This document shows positions 9,184-17,851 of a stretch of DNA of 64,000 nt, one piece after another; within the stretch, counting starts at the first letter, position 1; every line of letters begins with the position of its first letter. Both the position numbers and the translations under genes were made by a program. The stretch lies in NCBI GenBank assembly GCA_963816145.1, contig CAWFJP010000014.1, positions 256,001 to 320,000 of the forward strand, written 5' to 3'. Under the pieces are notes generated by a model, which saw only the letters and a list, made by a program, of their open reading frames with translations, had not been told where the DNA came from and did not search any database. The DNA comes from an uncultured delta proteobacterium. Its GTDB lineage: Bacteria > Desulfobacterota > Binatia > UBA9968.

Positions 9184-10443
9184 ATGGCGACACTTGAATG
9201 GCGCAGTGAAACCAACGAGATGGCGGTGCAGCAGTTCGATGTCGCCGCCAACAAACTGGGTGTCGATCCGAATCTTGCGAGCCGCTTACGCCGGCCCGAT
9301 CGGGCGATGATCGTCAGCGTGCCGACGCGCATGGACGATGGCCGCGTCCATGTCTTTACCGGTTATCGAGTGCAGCACAACGACGTCCTGGGGCCGTTTA
9401 AAGGCGGCGTTCGTTATCATCCCGCGGTCAATCTCGGCGAGGTTTCAGCGCTCGCCATGTGGATGACCTGGAAATGTTCCCTGGTCGGCTTGCCTTTGGG
9501 CGGCGCCAAAGGCGGCATCGCTTGCGATCCGGCGGAGTTGTCGCGCCACGAATTACAATCGATGACCCGGCGCTTCACCGCCGAGATTTTGAACTTCATC
9601 GGTCCGGAAGTGGACGTGCCGGCGCCCGACATGGGCACCAACGAGCAGGTTATGGCGTGGATGATGGATACTTACTCGCAGCACAAAGGCCACGCCGTGC
9701 CGGAGATCGTCACCGGCAAGCCGGTCGCCATCGGCGGCACTCTCGGTCGTCGCGAAGCGACCGGGCGGGGAGTGGTCTACACGATCATCGAGGCGGCCAA
9801 ACACTTAAACATTGATCTGGCCAAATGCACCGCGGTGGTTCAGGGATTCGGCAATGTCGGTTCGGTGGCGGCCAAAGAACTCACCAATATCGGTGTCAAG
9901 ATCATTGGCATCGCCGACCGTACCGGCGGTTTTGTCGATACCCAAGGTTTACCGGTGGACAAGTTGCTCGAGGTGGCTAGCAAGAACCACAGTCTCGAAG
10001 GCTGCCCTTACGGTGACAAAATCAGCAACGCCGAACTCTTGGAACTGAAATGCGATATTTTGGTGCCGGCGGCGATGGAAATGCAGATCACCAAAAATAA
10101 TGCCGCGCGCATTCACTGCCGGCTGTTGGCCGAAGGCGCCAACGGTCCGACCACGCCGGAAGCCGACGCGATATTGCGCGACAAAGGGATTTTCTTGATT
10201 CCAGATATTCTGGCCAACGCCGGCGGAGTCGTCGTGTCCTATTTCGAGTGGGTGCAGGACCTGCAGAACTTTTTCTGGACCGAAGACGAGGTCAACAAGA
10301 AACTGCGCGAAATTCTCGTCAAAGCGTTTCACGAAGTGCTGGACATGAGCCAGACGCAAAAGGTCGACATGCGCATGGCCGCGCTCATGATCGGCATCGA
10401 ACGGGTCACCAAAGCGATGCTCTGGCGCGGCCTCTACGCCTAG
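9184..10443 (+). CDS. gdhA: Glu/Leu/Phe/Val dehydrogenase (glutamate dehydrogenase)
   Basis: GPFKGGVRYHP, GGAKGG, PAPDMGTN, VQGFGNVG, EGANGP, SYFEWVQ. Confidence 0.92.
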   Translation: MATLEWRSETNEMAVQQFDVAANKLGVDPNLASRLRRPDRAMIVSVPTRMDDGRVHVFTGYRVQHNDVLGPFKGGVRYHPAVNLGEVSALAMWMTWKCSLVGLPLGGAKGGIACDPAELSRHELQSMTRRFTAEILNFIGPEVDVPAPDMGTNEQVMAWMMDTYSQHKGHAVPEIVTGKPVAIGGTLGRREATGRGVVYTIIEAAKHLNIDLAKCTAVVQGFGNVGSVAAKELTNIGVKIIGIADRTGGFVDTQGLPVDKLLEVASKNHSLEGCPYGDKISNAELLELKCDILVPAAMEMQITKNNAARIHCRLLAEGANGPTTPEADAILRDKGIFLIPDILANAGGVVVSYFEWVQDLQNFFWTEDEVNKKLREILVKAFHEVLDMSQTQKVDMRMAALMIGIERVTKAMLWRGLYA

Positions 10444-10514
10444 ACAGCCGGCTGCATTGAAGCGTCGGCGAGAAACTGTTAACACCTTTATACTTTTGTG
10501 AGGAAGGTGTTGTA

Positions 10515-11075
10515 ATGGTTCAGGCAACTCAACTGCGGCCGGGCATGATTATTGTTCACGGGGGCGATCTATATCGCGTCACCGCGGTGCACCACCTTAC
10601 TCCCGGCAACAAGCGCGGCTTCATGCAGACCAAGATGAAGAGTCTGCGCACCGGCATCGGCACGGAATATAAGTTCCGCTCGGAAGACCGCGTCGATCAG
10701 GCGATCTTGGATAACCGTCAATTTCAATATCTCTACGCCGAAGGCGACATGCACACCTTCATGGACACCGAGAATTACGAGCAGATCACGCTCAGTGCCG
10801 AAGATATCGGCGATCTGTTGAATTACCTGCTGCCCAACTCCATGGTCGGCATCGAGTTCCACGACGGCAAGCCGGTCGGCATCAACCCGCCGTCCACCGT
10901 CGACTTACAAGTCGTCGATACCGAGCCGTCCATGAAAGGGGCGACGGCGAGCGCTTCCTACAAACCGGCGAAGTTGGAGACGGGAGTCACGGTGTTGGTG
11001 CCGCCGTTCATTCAGATCGGCGACAAAGTGCGCGTCGATCCCACCGACGGTTCCTATCAGGAGCGGGTTAAATAG
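10515..11075 (+). CDS. efp: Elongation factor P
   Basis: QYLY..G..FMD.ENYEQ, KPAKLETG..VPPFI..GD. Confidence 0.95.
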   Translation: MVQATQLRPGMIIVHGGDLYRVTAVHHLTPGNKRGFMQTKMKSLRTGIGTEYKFRSEDRVDQAILDNRQFQYLYAEGDMHTFMDTENYEQITLSAEDIGDLLNYLLPNSMVGIEFHDGKPVGINPPSTVDLQVVDTEPSMKGATASASYKPAKLETGVTVLVPPFIQIGDKVRVDPTDGSYQERVK

Positions 11076-11664
11076 CCTGGATCTTTGCGACAACGGCGCG
11101 GACTTGGGTTTCGAGATCCGCCAAGCTGCCGTCGTTTTCGATAACGTAGTCGGCCAGCCGCCGTTTTTCTTCCAAACTCATCTGCGCGTCGATAATTTTT
11201 TGCGCCGCCGCGGCATCGATGCCGTCGCGCTGCTGCAGGCGCCGGCGCTGAACATCGACGTCGCAGGCGACAAGAATTACCGGGCGCAGCCATTCATGGA
11301 TCTTGCCTTCGAAGAGCAGGGGAACCTCGTAGACAATCAGCTCGACGCCTGCCGCGGCGTGCTCGCGGATGCGTTGTTCCGCCAGCGCGCGCACGCGCGG
11401 ATGGATGATCGCTTCGAGTTGTCTGCGCGCGTCGGGATTGTTGAAGATGATCGTCCGCAACCTTTGCCGATCGAGGGTTTGGTCGTCCTGCAGCACCCCG
11501 CGGCCAAATGTCGCGACAATCTCGTCCCAGCCGTCGTGGCCGGGGGCGACAACCTCCCGGGAGAGCACGTCGGCATCGACGATCGCCGCGCCGAGACGCC
11601 GCAAGATTTTTGCCACCGTGCTTTTGCCCGACGCGATGCCGCCAGTCAGTCCGACGAGTTTCAC
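11068..11664 (-). CDS. coaE: Dephospho-CoA kinase
   Basis: GLTGGIASGKSTV, DAD, LEAIIHP, VPLLFE. Confidence 0.95.
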   Translation of the reverse strand: MKLVGLTGGIASGKSTVAKILRRLGAAIVDADVLSREVVAPGHDGWDEIVATFGRGVLQDDQTLDRQRLRTIIFNNPDARRQLEAIIHPRVRALAEQRIREHAAAGVELIVYEVPLLFEGKIHEWLRPVILVACDVDVQRRRLQQRDGIDAAAAQKIIDAQMSLEEKRRLADYVIENDGSLADLETQVRAVVAKIQAI

Positions 11665-11747
11665 GCCACAGTAATTACAAAATCGCTAGAGCCTTTCAAG
11701 CAAAAGTTCTAAACTGGTTGAATAGTTACAATATGGAAACAGACAGG

Positions 11748-12011
11748 ATGGCGCGAGTAATTATCTACACCACCAACTGGTGCCCTTACTGCAACGCTGC
11801 GAAAGCGCTCTTGCGATCCAAGTCGGTCGAGTTCGAAGAGATCGATGTCACCGACGACCCGCAAGAACGCATGGAAATGGAACGCCTGTCCCGCCGCCGC
11901 ACGGTGCCGCAGATCTTCATTGACGGCCGCCCGATCGGCGGCTACGACGACGCCAGGATGCTCGACGCCATCGGAGAGCTGGATAAACTGTTGGGGATTG
12001 CCGGGGATTGA
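11748..12011 (+). CDS. grxC: Glutaredoxin 3
   Basis: CPYC, RTVPQIFI, IGGYDD; ATG 11748 within a longer ORF. Confidence 0.92.
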   Translation: MARVIIYTTNWCPYCNAAKALLRSKSVEFEEIDVTDDPQERMEMERLSRRRTVPQIFIDGRPIGGYDDARMLDAIGELDKLLGIAGD

Positions 12012-12057
12012 TTTTCAAATTGCCGGTTGGAAAAAGCTATTATTGAATTTTATGGGA

Positions 12058-12097
12058 AAGTGGAGGCGGAGAGCGGATTCAAAGCGCTGCATCAAGG
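12058..12097 (-). repeat. Degenerate duplication of tRNA-Cys 3' end (att site)
   Basis: aagtggaggcggagagcggattcaaagcgctgcatcaagg vs aagtggaggcggcgagcggattcgaaccgctgcatcgagg at 17662-17701 (4 mismatches in 40). Confidence 0.9.
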
Positions 12098-12119
12098 CAA
12101 AAAACGCAAAGACATGAAA

Positions 12120-12224
12120 TGATCCTTAGTGCGAAGGATCCTGGATTTCCAGGCTTTTTTTTGGGGGATGTTAAGGAGTGTTACGCCTTCTCACCCCATT
12201 TTGGCACAAAACCGGAACGTTTTT
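12120..12224 (+). repeat. ~105-bp degenerate direct repeat, copy 1
   Basis: tgatc..agtg.gaa...caggcttttt...ggggg...gagtg.tacg...ttttggcacaaaaccggaacgttttt; matches 17506-17614. Confidence 0.85.
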
Positions 12225-13251
12225 CTGAGCCGTCGGAATTCGAAAAATGATAGAGGGGCACCCCCTGTAGCATTCGTGTTGACCCGTTAGAGCAAGGCTA
12301 ACAATATCCCCAAATGACTAATGAAACTTGAGCGAGCACTCATTGGAATTCACAGACTCGGCATAGCCGCAGAAGACTTGGAGGCTTAATAGCATGGAAA
12401 ATTCTGAAACCTTGCTGGCACTGTCAGACCATTCGTGGCAAAAGCCGCAAGAACTATTCTCAGAAATTCACAGTGTAAAACGAAATGGGCATTTCTTGCG
12501 GCGTTCTGTCGATGCGGACGGAACATGTGAAGCAAGGCGGATATCCACTGGACGCGCCAGTGCGGTTGGCTGTGCAGGGATATAAAAGCTTGCGCAGCGA
12601 TCTTTGAGGCAGCCAAGCGGATCGCCTCCGACCGAATCGAGGTTGAGATTTTCCGTCGGAGATTTGACGGCTATGACCCCCCATAATGTACTAACGCGCG
12701 ATAAACGGGAAATTTCCCGAATGGAGCGAGACCTAGGCGTAAGGGCGTTCGCCCGGAGAAGTATCGAAGATCTTACCGGATGAATGCGTTCGTGCGGCCA
12801 TCGACTCGCACGATAAGCCATCTGCCGCGGTCACCGGAGGCGGAGAACGTGATTGACGTTGAGTCGAATGAGACGCTGGCGGCGTAGTCGAAGCACGGTC
12901 TTACGCGCTGGATCAAACGTCAATTCGTGGGGATTGGCAGTTCAGGCAGGGGGACATACAATAACGCGGTACATGTAGGATTCGAGTGAACAACGACGTG
13001 TCAATACACTTTGGTAACGGACGCGATCAATTGTTGGCGTGCTGATGGAACAACACGTTAAATTGGAAAACTTTACTGAGTTTGAGAAGAGTTTGGAGAA
13101 TTTTGAACCATCTCGGAAGCAACCACGAAAAGCTAGGCGGGAAATTCGACCGGTCAGCGTAGCCCCTCCTCATCCAAGTGAGTGCGCCGACGTTAACCTC
13201 GTTGAATATGCTTTTTCTAACGAGTGAATTCATGGGACGGGAAGGCGGAAA

Positions 13252-14760
13252 ATGCAAGACCCAAAAGTGACTATCGTCGTTGTCCCACGAGAACGGCTTA
13301 GTTTTGCCGAGCGGTGTATAACCAGCATCTATGAGAATACCTCCGTTCCATTTAAGCTCATTTACGTGAGCGGCGGGGTGCCGAAACAAGTACGAGATTA
13401 CTTGGAGATCGAGTCTCACCGAAAGGGCTTTCGATTCTTGATCGACGAAAATTACCTTTCGCCTAATCACGCCCGCAATCTTTCCCTACCGCATGTCAAA
13501 ACCAAATATCTGGTCTTTTTGGATAACGATACCCTAGTCACAAAAGGATGGCTTGAAAGACTCCTGAGATGCGCGGAAGAGACGGACGCGTCCATAGTCG
13601 GGCCGCTTTACCTAATTGGCGAATTCGAACGTGCTATAATTCATATGGCGGGAGGTCGTCTCCATAGAGAGAATACGGCGGGGAATCGAGTTTTAGTCGA
13701 CGAGCAACATCTATTCGATACGCCGATCCCGGAAGCAAAAATGCGGCTCCGTCGGCGAGTTTGCGATTATGTTGAGTTTCACTGCATGCTGGTTCGCACC
13801 GATGTTTTTGATCAGATCGGATTGATGGATGAAAAATTGCCGTGTCTCCATGAAGAGCGCGATTTCTGCCTCACTGTTTCCGGCGCAGGTGGGGGAATAT
13901 ATATAGAACCAAAGGCGGTGGTTACCTATGTTCCGCCTCCTCCCTGCGAATCGTGGGATTTGCCATACTTCATGCTTCGTTGGAGTGAGGCGTGGATTCA
14001 CTCAAGCGTTCGTCATTTTAACCAAAAATGGGGACTTGCATCCGTTCGCCATATTTCCGACATTTCAAACAATTTTGCCGAAGGTACGGTCATAGGTTTC
14101 GGCCGAGCATGGCGCCGGCGAGTAGCCGGCACCAAGGTGACGTTTGACTCCGCGAGTGACCACGGGATCCAACCACTGGATCAGGCAAGAATCATGATTG
14201 CACTCTTGCAGTCGGTCGACAGAGAGCAGTTCGATTTTGCCCGTATCTCGGCCGATGGGGAGACTGTGCCAACTGCTTCCGCACTGTCGCCTGAAGAGCT
14301 TCATAAGCGGTTATCGCAGCTCTTAACGGACGCGGATGCTCATCGAGCTGGCGTCGGTATTCGTCCCCTTGACGGTAACACACAAGATGCTCCGACTTTA
14401 ATCGCATTGAATCGGCTCCCAACTGAGAACATGCGGAGAATCAGGCAACACGCCTTCATGACCTTGGAAACGGAGCCGGAGCTGTATCAATGCTGGGTGG
14501 CTGTCGATACGCAAAGCGTGCGACCAGATACCGTCTTCGGTGGCATACTAGCTCAACTGGCCAAAAATTCGGTTACGAGTCGCTTTTCCGGGTTAGCGGG
14601 GGGCAGGGTGGCTCGGCCGGGTTTGCGATCTGTCATTACACCGGATTCGCGCGTCCGGCTTATTGAAGGGACTGTCGGTCTTCTCAATACGGCGATGCAA
14701 ATGGAAAAGGATATCGATCTGTTTCGACATCAATGTTCTTTACCAGAGGTAGGGGCATGA
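13252..14760 (+). CDS. Family 2 glycosyltransferase fused to a C-terminal RepB-primase-like domain
   Basis: GT2: VTIVVVPRE, VFLDND, VEFHCML, HEERDFC; C-term: VGIRP...LIALNRL...AFMTLETEPELYQCW. Confidence 0.8.
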   Translation: MQDPKVTIVVVPRERLSFAERCITSIYENTSVPFKLIYVSGGVPKQVRDYLEIESHRKGFRFLIDENYLSPNHARNLSLPHVKTKYLVFLDNDTLVTKGWLERLLRCAEETDASIVGPLYLIGEFERAIIHMAGGRLHRENTAGNRVLVDEQHLFDTPIPEAKMRLRRRVCDYVEFHCMLVRTDVFDQIGLMDEKLPCLHEERDFCLTVSGAGGGIYIEPKAVVTYVPPPPCESWDLPYFMLRWSEAWIHSSVRHFNQKWGLASVRHISDISNNFAEGTVIGFGRAWRRRVAGTKVTFDSASDHGIQPLDQARIMIALLQSVDREQFDFARISADGETVPTASALSPEELHKRLSQLLTDADAHRAGVGIRPLDGNTQDAPTLIALNRLPTENMRRIRQHAFMTLETEPELYQCWVAVDTQSVRPDTVFGGILAQLAKNSVTSRFSGLAGGRVARPGLRSVITPDSRVRLIEGTVGLLNTAMQMEKDIDLFRHQCSLPEVGA

Positions 14761-16952
14761 ATGACACCATGCTAAATCAATCACTCGAGCAGAAACCAAC
14801 GCAGGTCAACGTTGCGATCAGCGCAACTTTTGTTGCTGAACCTATAGAGGAGTCACTTAGCTCTTGGATGGCGGCGATGGGAATCGACGCGAAAATAGAG
14901 TTTGCGCCGTTCGACCAAGTTTTCCAGCAATTGTTAAATCCTCTTAGCCTACTTTTCGCCAACGCCGCCGGAATAAAAGTGATCTTGTTGCGCTTTAGCG
15001 ACTGGTGCAACGAATCCGGACACCCGAAAGCGACGCTTGAAGGATCGGAAGATCTAAATTCGGGTGTAAAGTCGCGCATAGATGAATTCGTCAACGCTTT
15101 GTCCACTGCAATCCGGCGATGCCCATCCACCGTTATCGTTTTTGTCTGTCCGGAAGACCCAGCGAAACAGGAAAATCGGCCGGTAGGAGAACGTCTGGAT
15201 GAGCTGACCGAGTTGGAAGATCTCCTTGTTATAAAGGCAATGGCGTTGGAAGGCGTTCGGGTCATTACGGCGAGCGAAGTAGAGAGTCTTTACCCTGTGG
15301 CCGATCGTTTCGATTCGTCGGCTAATGCAATGGCGAGTATCCCCTACACGCCAATTTATTATGCCGCGCTTGGAACTATGGTTGCTCGCAAAGTCCAGAC
15401 GTTGCTATTCCCACCTTACAAGGTCATTCTTCTCGATTGCGACGGAACCCTATGGGATGGTATTTGCGGAGAGGATGGTCCGCTAGGAATACGGATTGAT
15501 GCCGTCAGGCTATCTTTACAGGAATTTATCGTCAGCCAAAGCCTACAAGGAATGCTGGTTTGTCTCTGCAGCAAAAATAACGAGTCGGACGTGCTCGCAG
15601 TGTTCGATTATAGAAAAGATATGGTCTTGAAGCGTGACCACCTTACCATGTGCCGCATAAATTGGCGCAATAAATCTGACAATATTCAATCACTATCGCG
15701 AGGATTGGGACTGGCATTGGATAGCTTCATTTTCATTGATAATGACCCTGTGGAGTGCGCCGAGATACGTGCGCGTTGCCCGGATGTCTTAACTCTATTG
15801 CTCCCTGAGGATCCCAATTCCATTTCGTTGTTTTTGAAACATGTTTGGGCCTTCGACCAGGATCAAGTGTCGAAGGAAGGTCAAGAAAGAACCAAACTAT
15901 ATCGGGAGCACTTTAAGCGCGAGACGTTTCGGCGTGAGTCTCCGACATTAAAGGAATTCCTCACCAAGCTGGAATTGAAAGTTGATATTGCTCCGTTGGT
16001 TGAAAATGACGCCGCTCGGGTATCTGAGCTCACATTTAGGACAAATCAATTCAACTTAACCTCCACGAAGCGATCGGTGGCGCAGATAAGCAAGTTTCTT
16101 CGAGTCGATAATGGCGAGTGCCTAACCATTCGCGTAAAAGACCGTTTCGGCGACTACGGATTGGTCGGCGTAATATTTTGCCAAACTCATGGCAACGCGT
16201 TGCTGATAGATACGTTCCTGTTAAGTTGTCGGGCGTTGGGGCGGGGCGTCGAACATCGCCTATTGGCCGGTCTCGGAGAGATGGCTCTAAAGCGAGGCTT
16301 GACCTACGTTGATCTTTGCTTCATCCCGTCGAGCAAGAACGAACCGGCGTTAGACTTCCTTCGCGAACTCCACTGCGCAGTGCCAAGAACACTTGAGAAA
16401 CAGATTGTTTACCGTATGGCGGCGCGCGAAGCGGCCCAAGTCATCTACGATCCGGACACTGAGCGCAGCTCAATCGACCGGGAAGCCGACGTGAAGCCGG
16501 TCGCGATCGCGGAGTCACGACCAGACTCGCGACAAAGAGCAGCGCTTTTAAGTTCAATTCCGAACATTTTGTCGGATCCCGTTCTTATTCATCGTTGGGC
16601 CACACAAACTCGTTTGCGAAGTGAGTCGGATACCGAGTTCATAGAACCGGTCACGCCGGCAGAAGTTCGTATCGCGGGCTTTTTTTCAGAACTTCTACAG
16701 ATTGATCGGGTTGGGCTTAACGACGGATTTTTTCAACTTGGCGGCCATTCATTGATGGCAATGCAGCTTCTATCCCGGATTAACGCGGCGTTTGGCGTGA
16801 CGATTGAGCCGATAGTCCTCTTTACCTCCAGGATTTCAGTTGCTGACTTGGCTATTGCAGTGCTCAACGACCAACTAAGACAACAGAATCCGCAAGCTGT
16901 TGACAGTATCCTTGATTCGCTCTCAGCAATCACTGACGACGATGAGCCGTAA
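14757..16952 (+). CDS. FkbH-like HAD-IIIC glyceryl transferase/phosphatase with C-terminal acyl/peptidyl carrier domain
   Basis: LDCDGTLW, CSKN, FIDND..E, RTNQFN, DRFGDYG, LLSCRALGR; carrier motif FFQLGGHSL; ATGA overlap with GT2 stop. Confidence 0.9.
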   Translation: MNDTMLNQSLEQKPTQVNVAISATFVAEPIEESLSSWMAAMGIDAKIEFAPFDQVFQQLLNPLSLLFANAAGIKVILLRFSDWCNESGHPKATLEGSEDLNSGVKSRIDEFVNALSTAIRRCPSTVIVFVCPEDPAKQENRPVGERLDELTELEDLLVIKAMALEGVRVITASEVESLYPVADRFDSSANAMASIPYTPIYYAALGTMVARKVQTLLFPPYKVILLDCDGTLWDGICGEDGPLGIRIDAVRLSLQEFIVSQSLQGMLVCLCSKNNESDVLAVFDYRKDMVLKRDHLTMCRINWRNKSDNIQSLSRGLGLALDSFIFIDNDPVECAEIRARCPDVLTLLLPEDPNSISLFLKHVWAFDQDQVSKEGQERTKLYREHFKRETFRRESPTLKEFLTKLELKVDIAPLVENDAARVSELTFRTNQFNLTSTKRSVAQISKFLRVDNGECLTIRVKDRFGDYGLVGVIFCQTHGNALLIDTFLLSCRALGRGVEHRLLAGLGEMALKRGLTYVDLCFIPSSKNEPALDFLRELHCAVPRTLEKQIVYRMAAREAAQVIYDPDTERSSIDREADVKPVAIAESRPDSRQRAALLSSIPNILSDPVLIHRWATQTRLRSESDTEFIEPVTPAEVRIAGFFSELLQIDRVGLNDGFFQLGGHSLMAMQLLSRINAAFGVTIEPIVLFTSRISVADLAIAVLNDQLRQQNPQAVDSILDSLSAITDDDEP

Positions 16953-16996
16953 GTCTTTTAAGCGCAGGATACGGAGTTTCGACGCTGGTCTAACGC

Positions 16997-17365
16997 AAGT
17001 CATCACGCGCTCAACTACCAAATGATTGTTCTCAGTGCGTGAGTTGGATTGGGATGTTGCCATTTCGGAAACTTATGCAGCAGATTCGGGTGGTGATACA
17101 TCATGGCGGACTCGCTACCCTAGCTTGTGCGCTGGAAACGGGCATTCCGCAATTGGTCTTACCAAAGATCTAACCGCCCCGATAATGCCGAGCGATTGCA
17201 GAGGCTCGGTGTGGCCGAATTCTTGCCGCCGCCAAAGTGGCAGCCCGAACATATTGCCGAAGCGTTGTTGCGGTTGACAACCTCTTCTTCAGTCGCCGAG
17301 AAATGCAAATCTATTGCAGACCGCCTTGGAGGTCAGGATGGATCGGAAACGCTTGTGAAATCCTA
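16997..17365 (+). pseudogene. C-terminal fragment of a GT1 (UDP-glycosyltransferase), frameshifted
   Basis: LPFRKLM..VIHHGGLATLACALETGIPQLVLP then frameshift to RPDNAERLQRLGVA; no N-terminal half. Confidence 0.8.
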
Positions 17366-17505
17366 GAGCAAGGTAGCTGAAGAGTGCCGGGGCGATGGGG
17401 CAGCTTCGCGAAAGGTTCAAAAAAAAGAATGGGTTGGGTGCTGGGACAGTGGTAATGGCGTTCGATGGTAACTCCGGTGACCTCGCGCATCTGACCCGGT
17501 GGACC

Positions 17506-17614
17506 TGATCGTGAGTGTGAAAGAGCGTGGGTTTTCAGGCTTTTTTATTTGGGGGGGTATTGAAGAGTGCTACGGATTGGCACCTGGTTTTGGCACAAAA
17601 CCGGAACGTTTTTT
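17506..17614 (+). repeat. ~105-bp degenerate direct repeat, copy 2
   Basis: Shares exact ttttggcacaaaaccggaacgttttt with copy 1. Confidence 0.85.
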
Positions 17615-17664
17615 AGCGCGAAGAGGACGAGGACTGGGAATCTCTAACGATATTAAGTGTGAAG

Positions 17665-17740
17665 TGGAGGCGGCGAGCGGATTCGAACCGCTGCATCGAG
17701 GTTTTGCAGACCTCTCCCTTAACCACTTGGGTACGCCGCC
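17665..17740 (-). tRNA. tRNA-Cys(GCA)
   Basis: GGCGGCG acceptor stem, anticodon loop CTGCAAA, GGTTCGAATCC T-arm, encoded CCA. Confidence 0.97.
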
Positions 17741-17851
17741 CTCGACGAAATAGGTAACATGTTCTGTTTGCGACATGCAATAAGCGTTGAAAATATTGAC
17801 TTCCCGAGGCGAAACAAGTAAGCAAATTGAAAGCTTACAAGGAGTTTATCA

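Larger units (their letters stand above)
12058..17701. mobile_element. Decayed genomic island integrated at tRNA-Cys (no integrase visible)
   Basis: Flanking tRNA 3' direct repeat, second ~105-bp end repeat, visibly AT-richer sequence, accessory cargo, pseudogene. Confidence 0.8.

Noticed and set aside
12202-12218. TGGCAC motif as a sigma54 promoter (also near 17591)
   Set aside because: No TTGC at the -12 position; better explained as part of the island end repeat.
12230-13030. Short ORFs in the left part of the island as an integrase remnant
   Set aside because: No tyrosine or serine recombinase motifs were recognisable in the frames I read.
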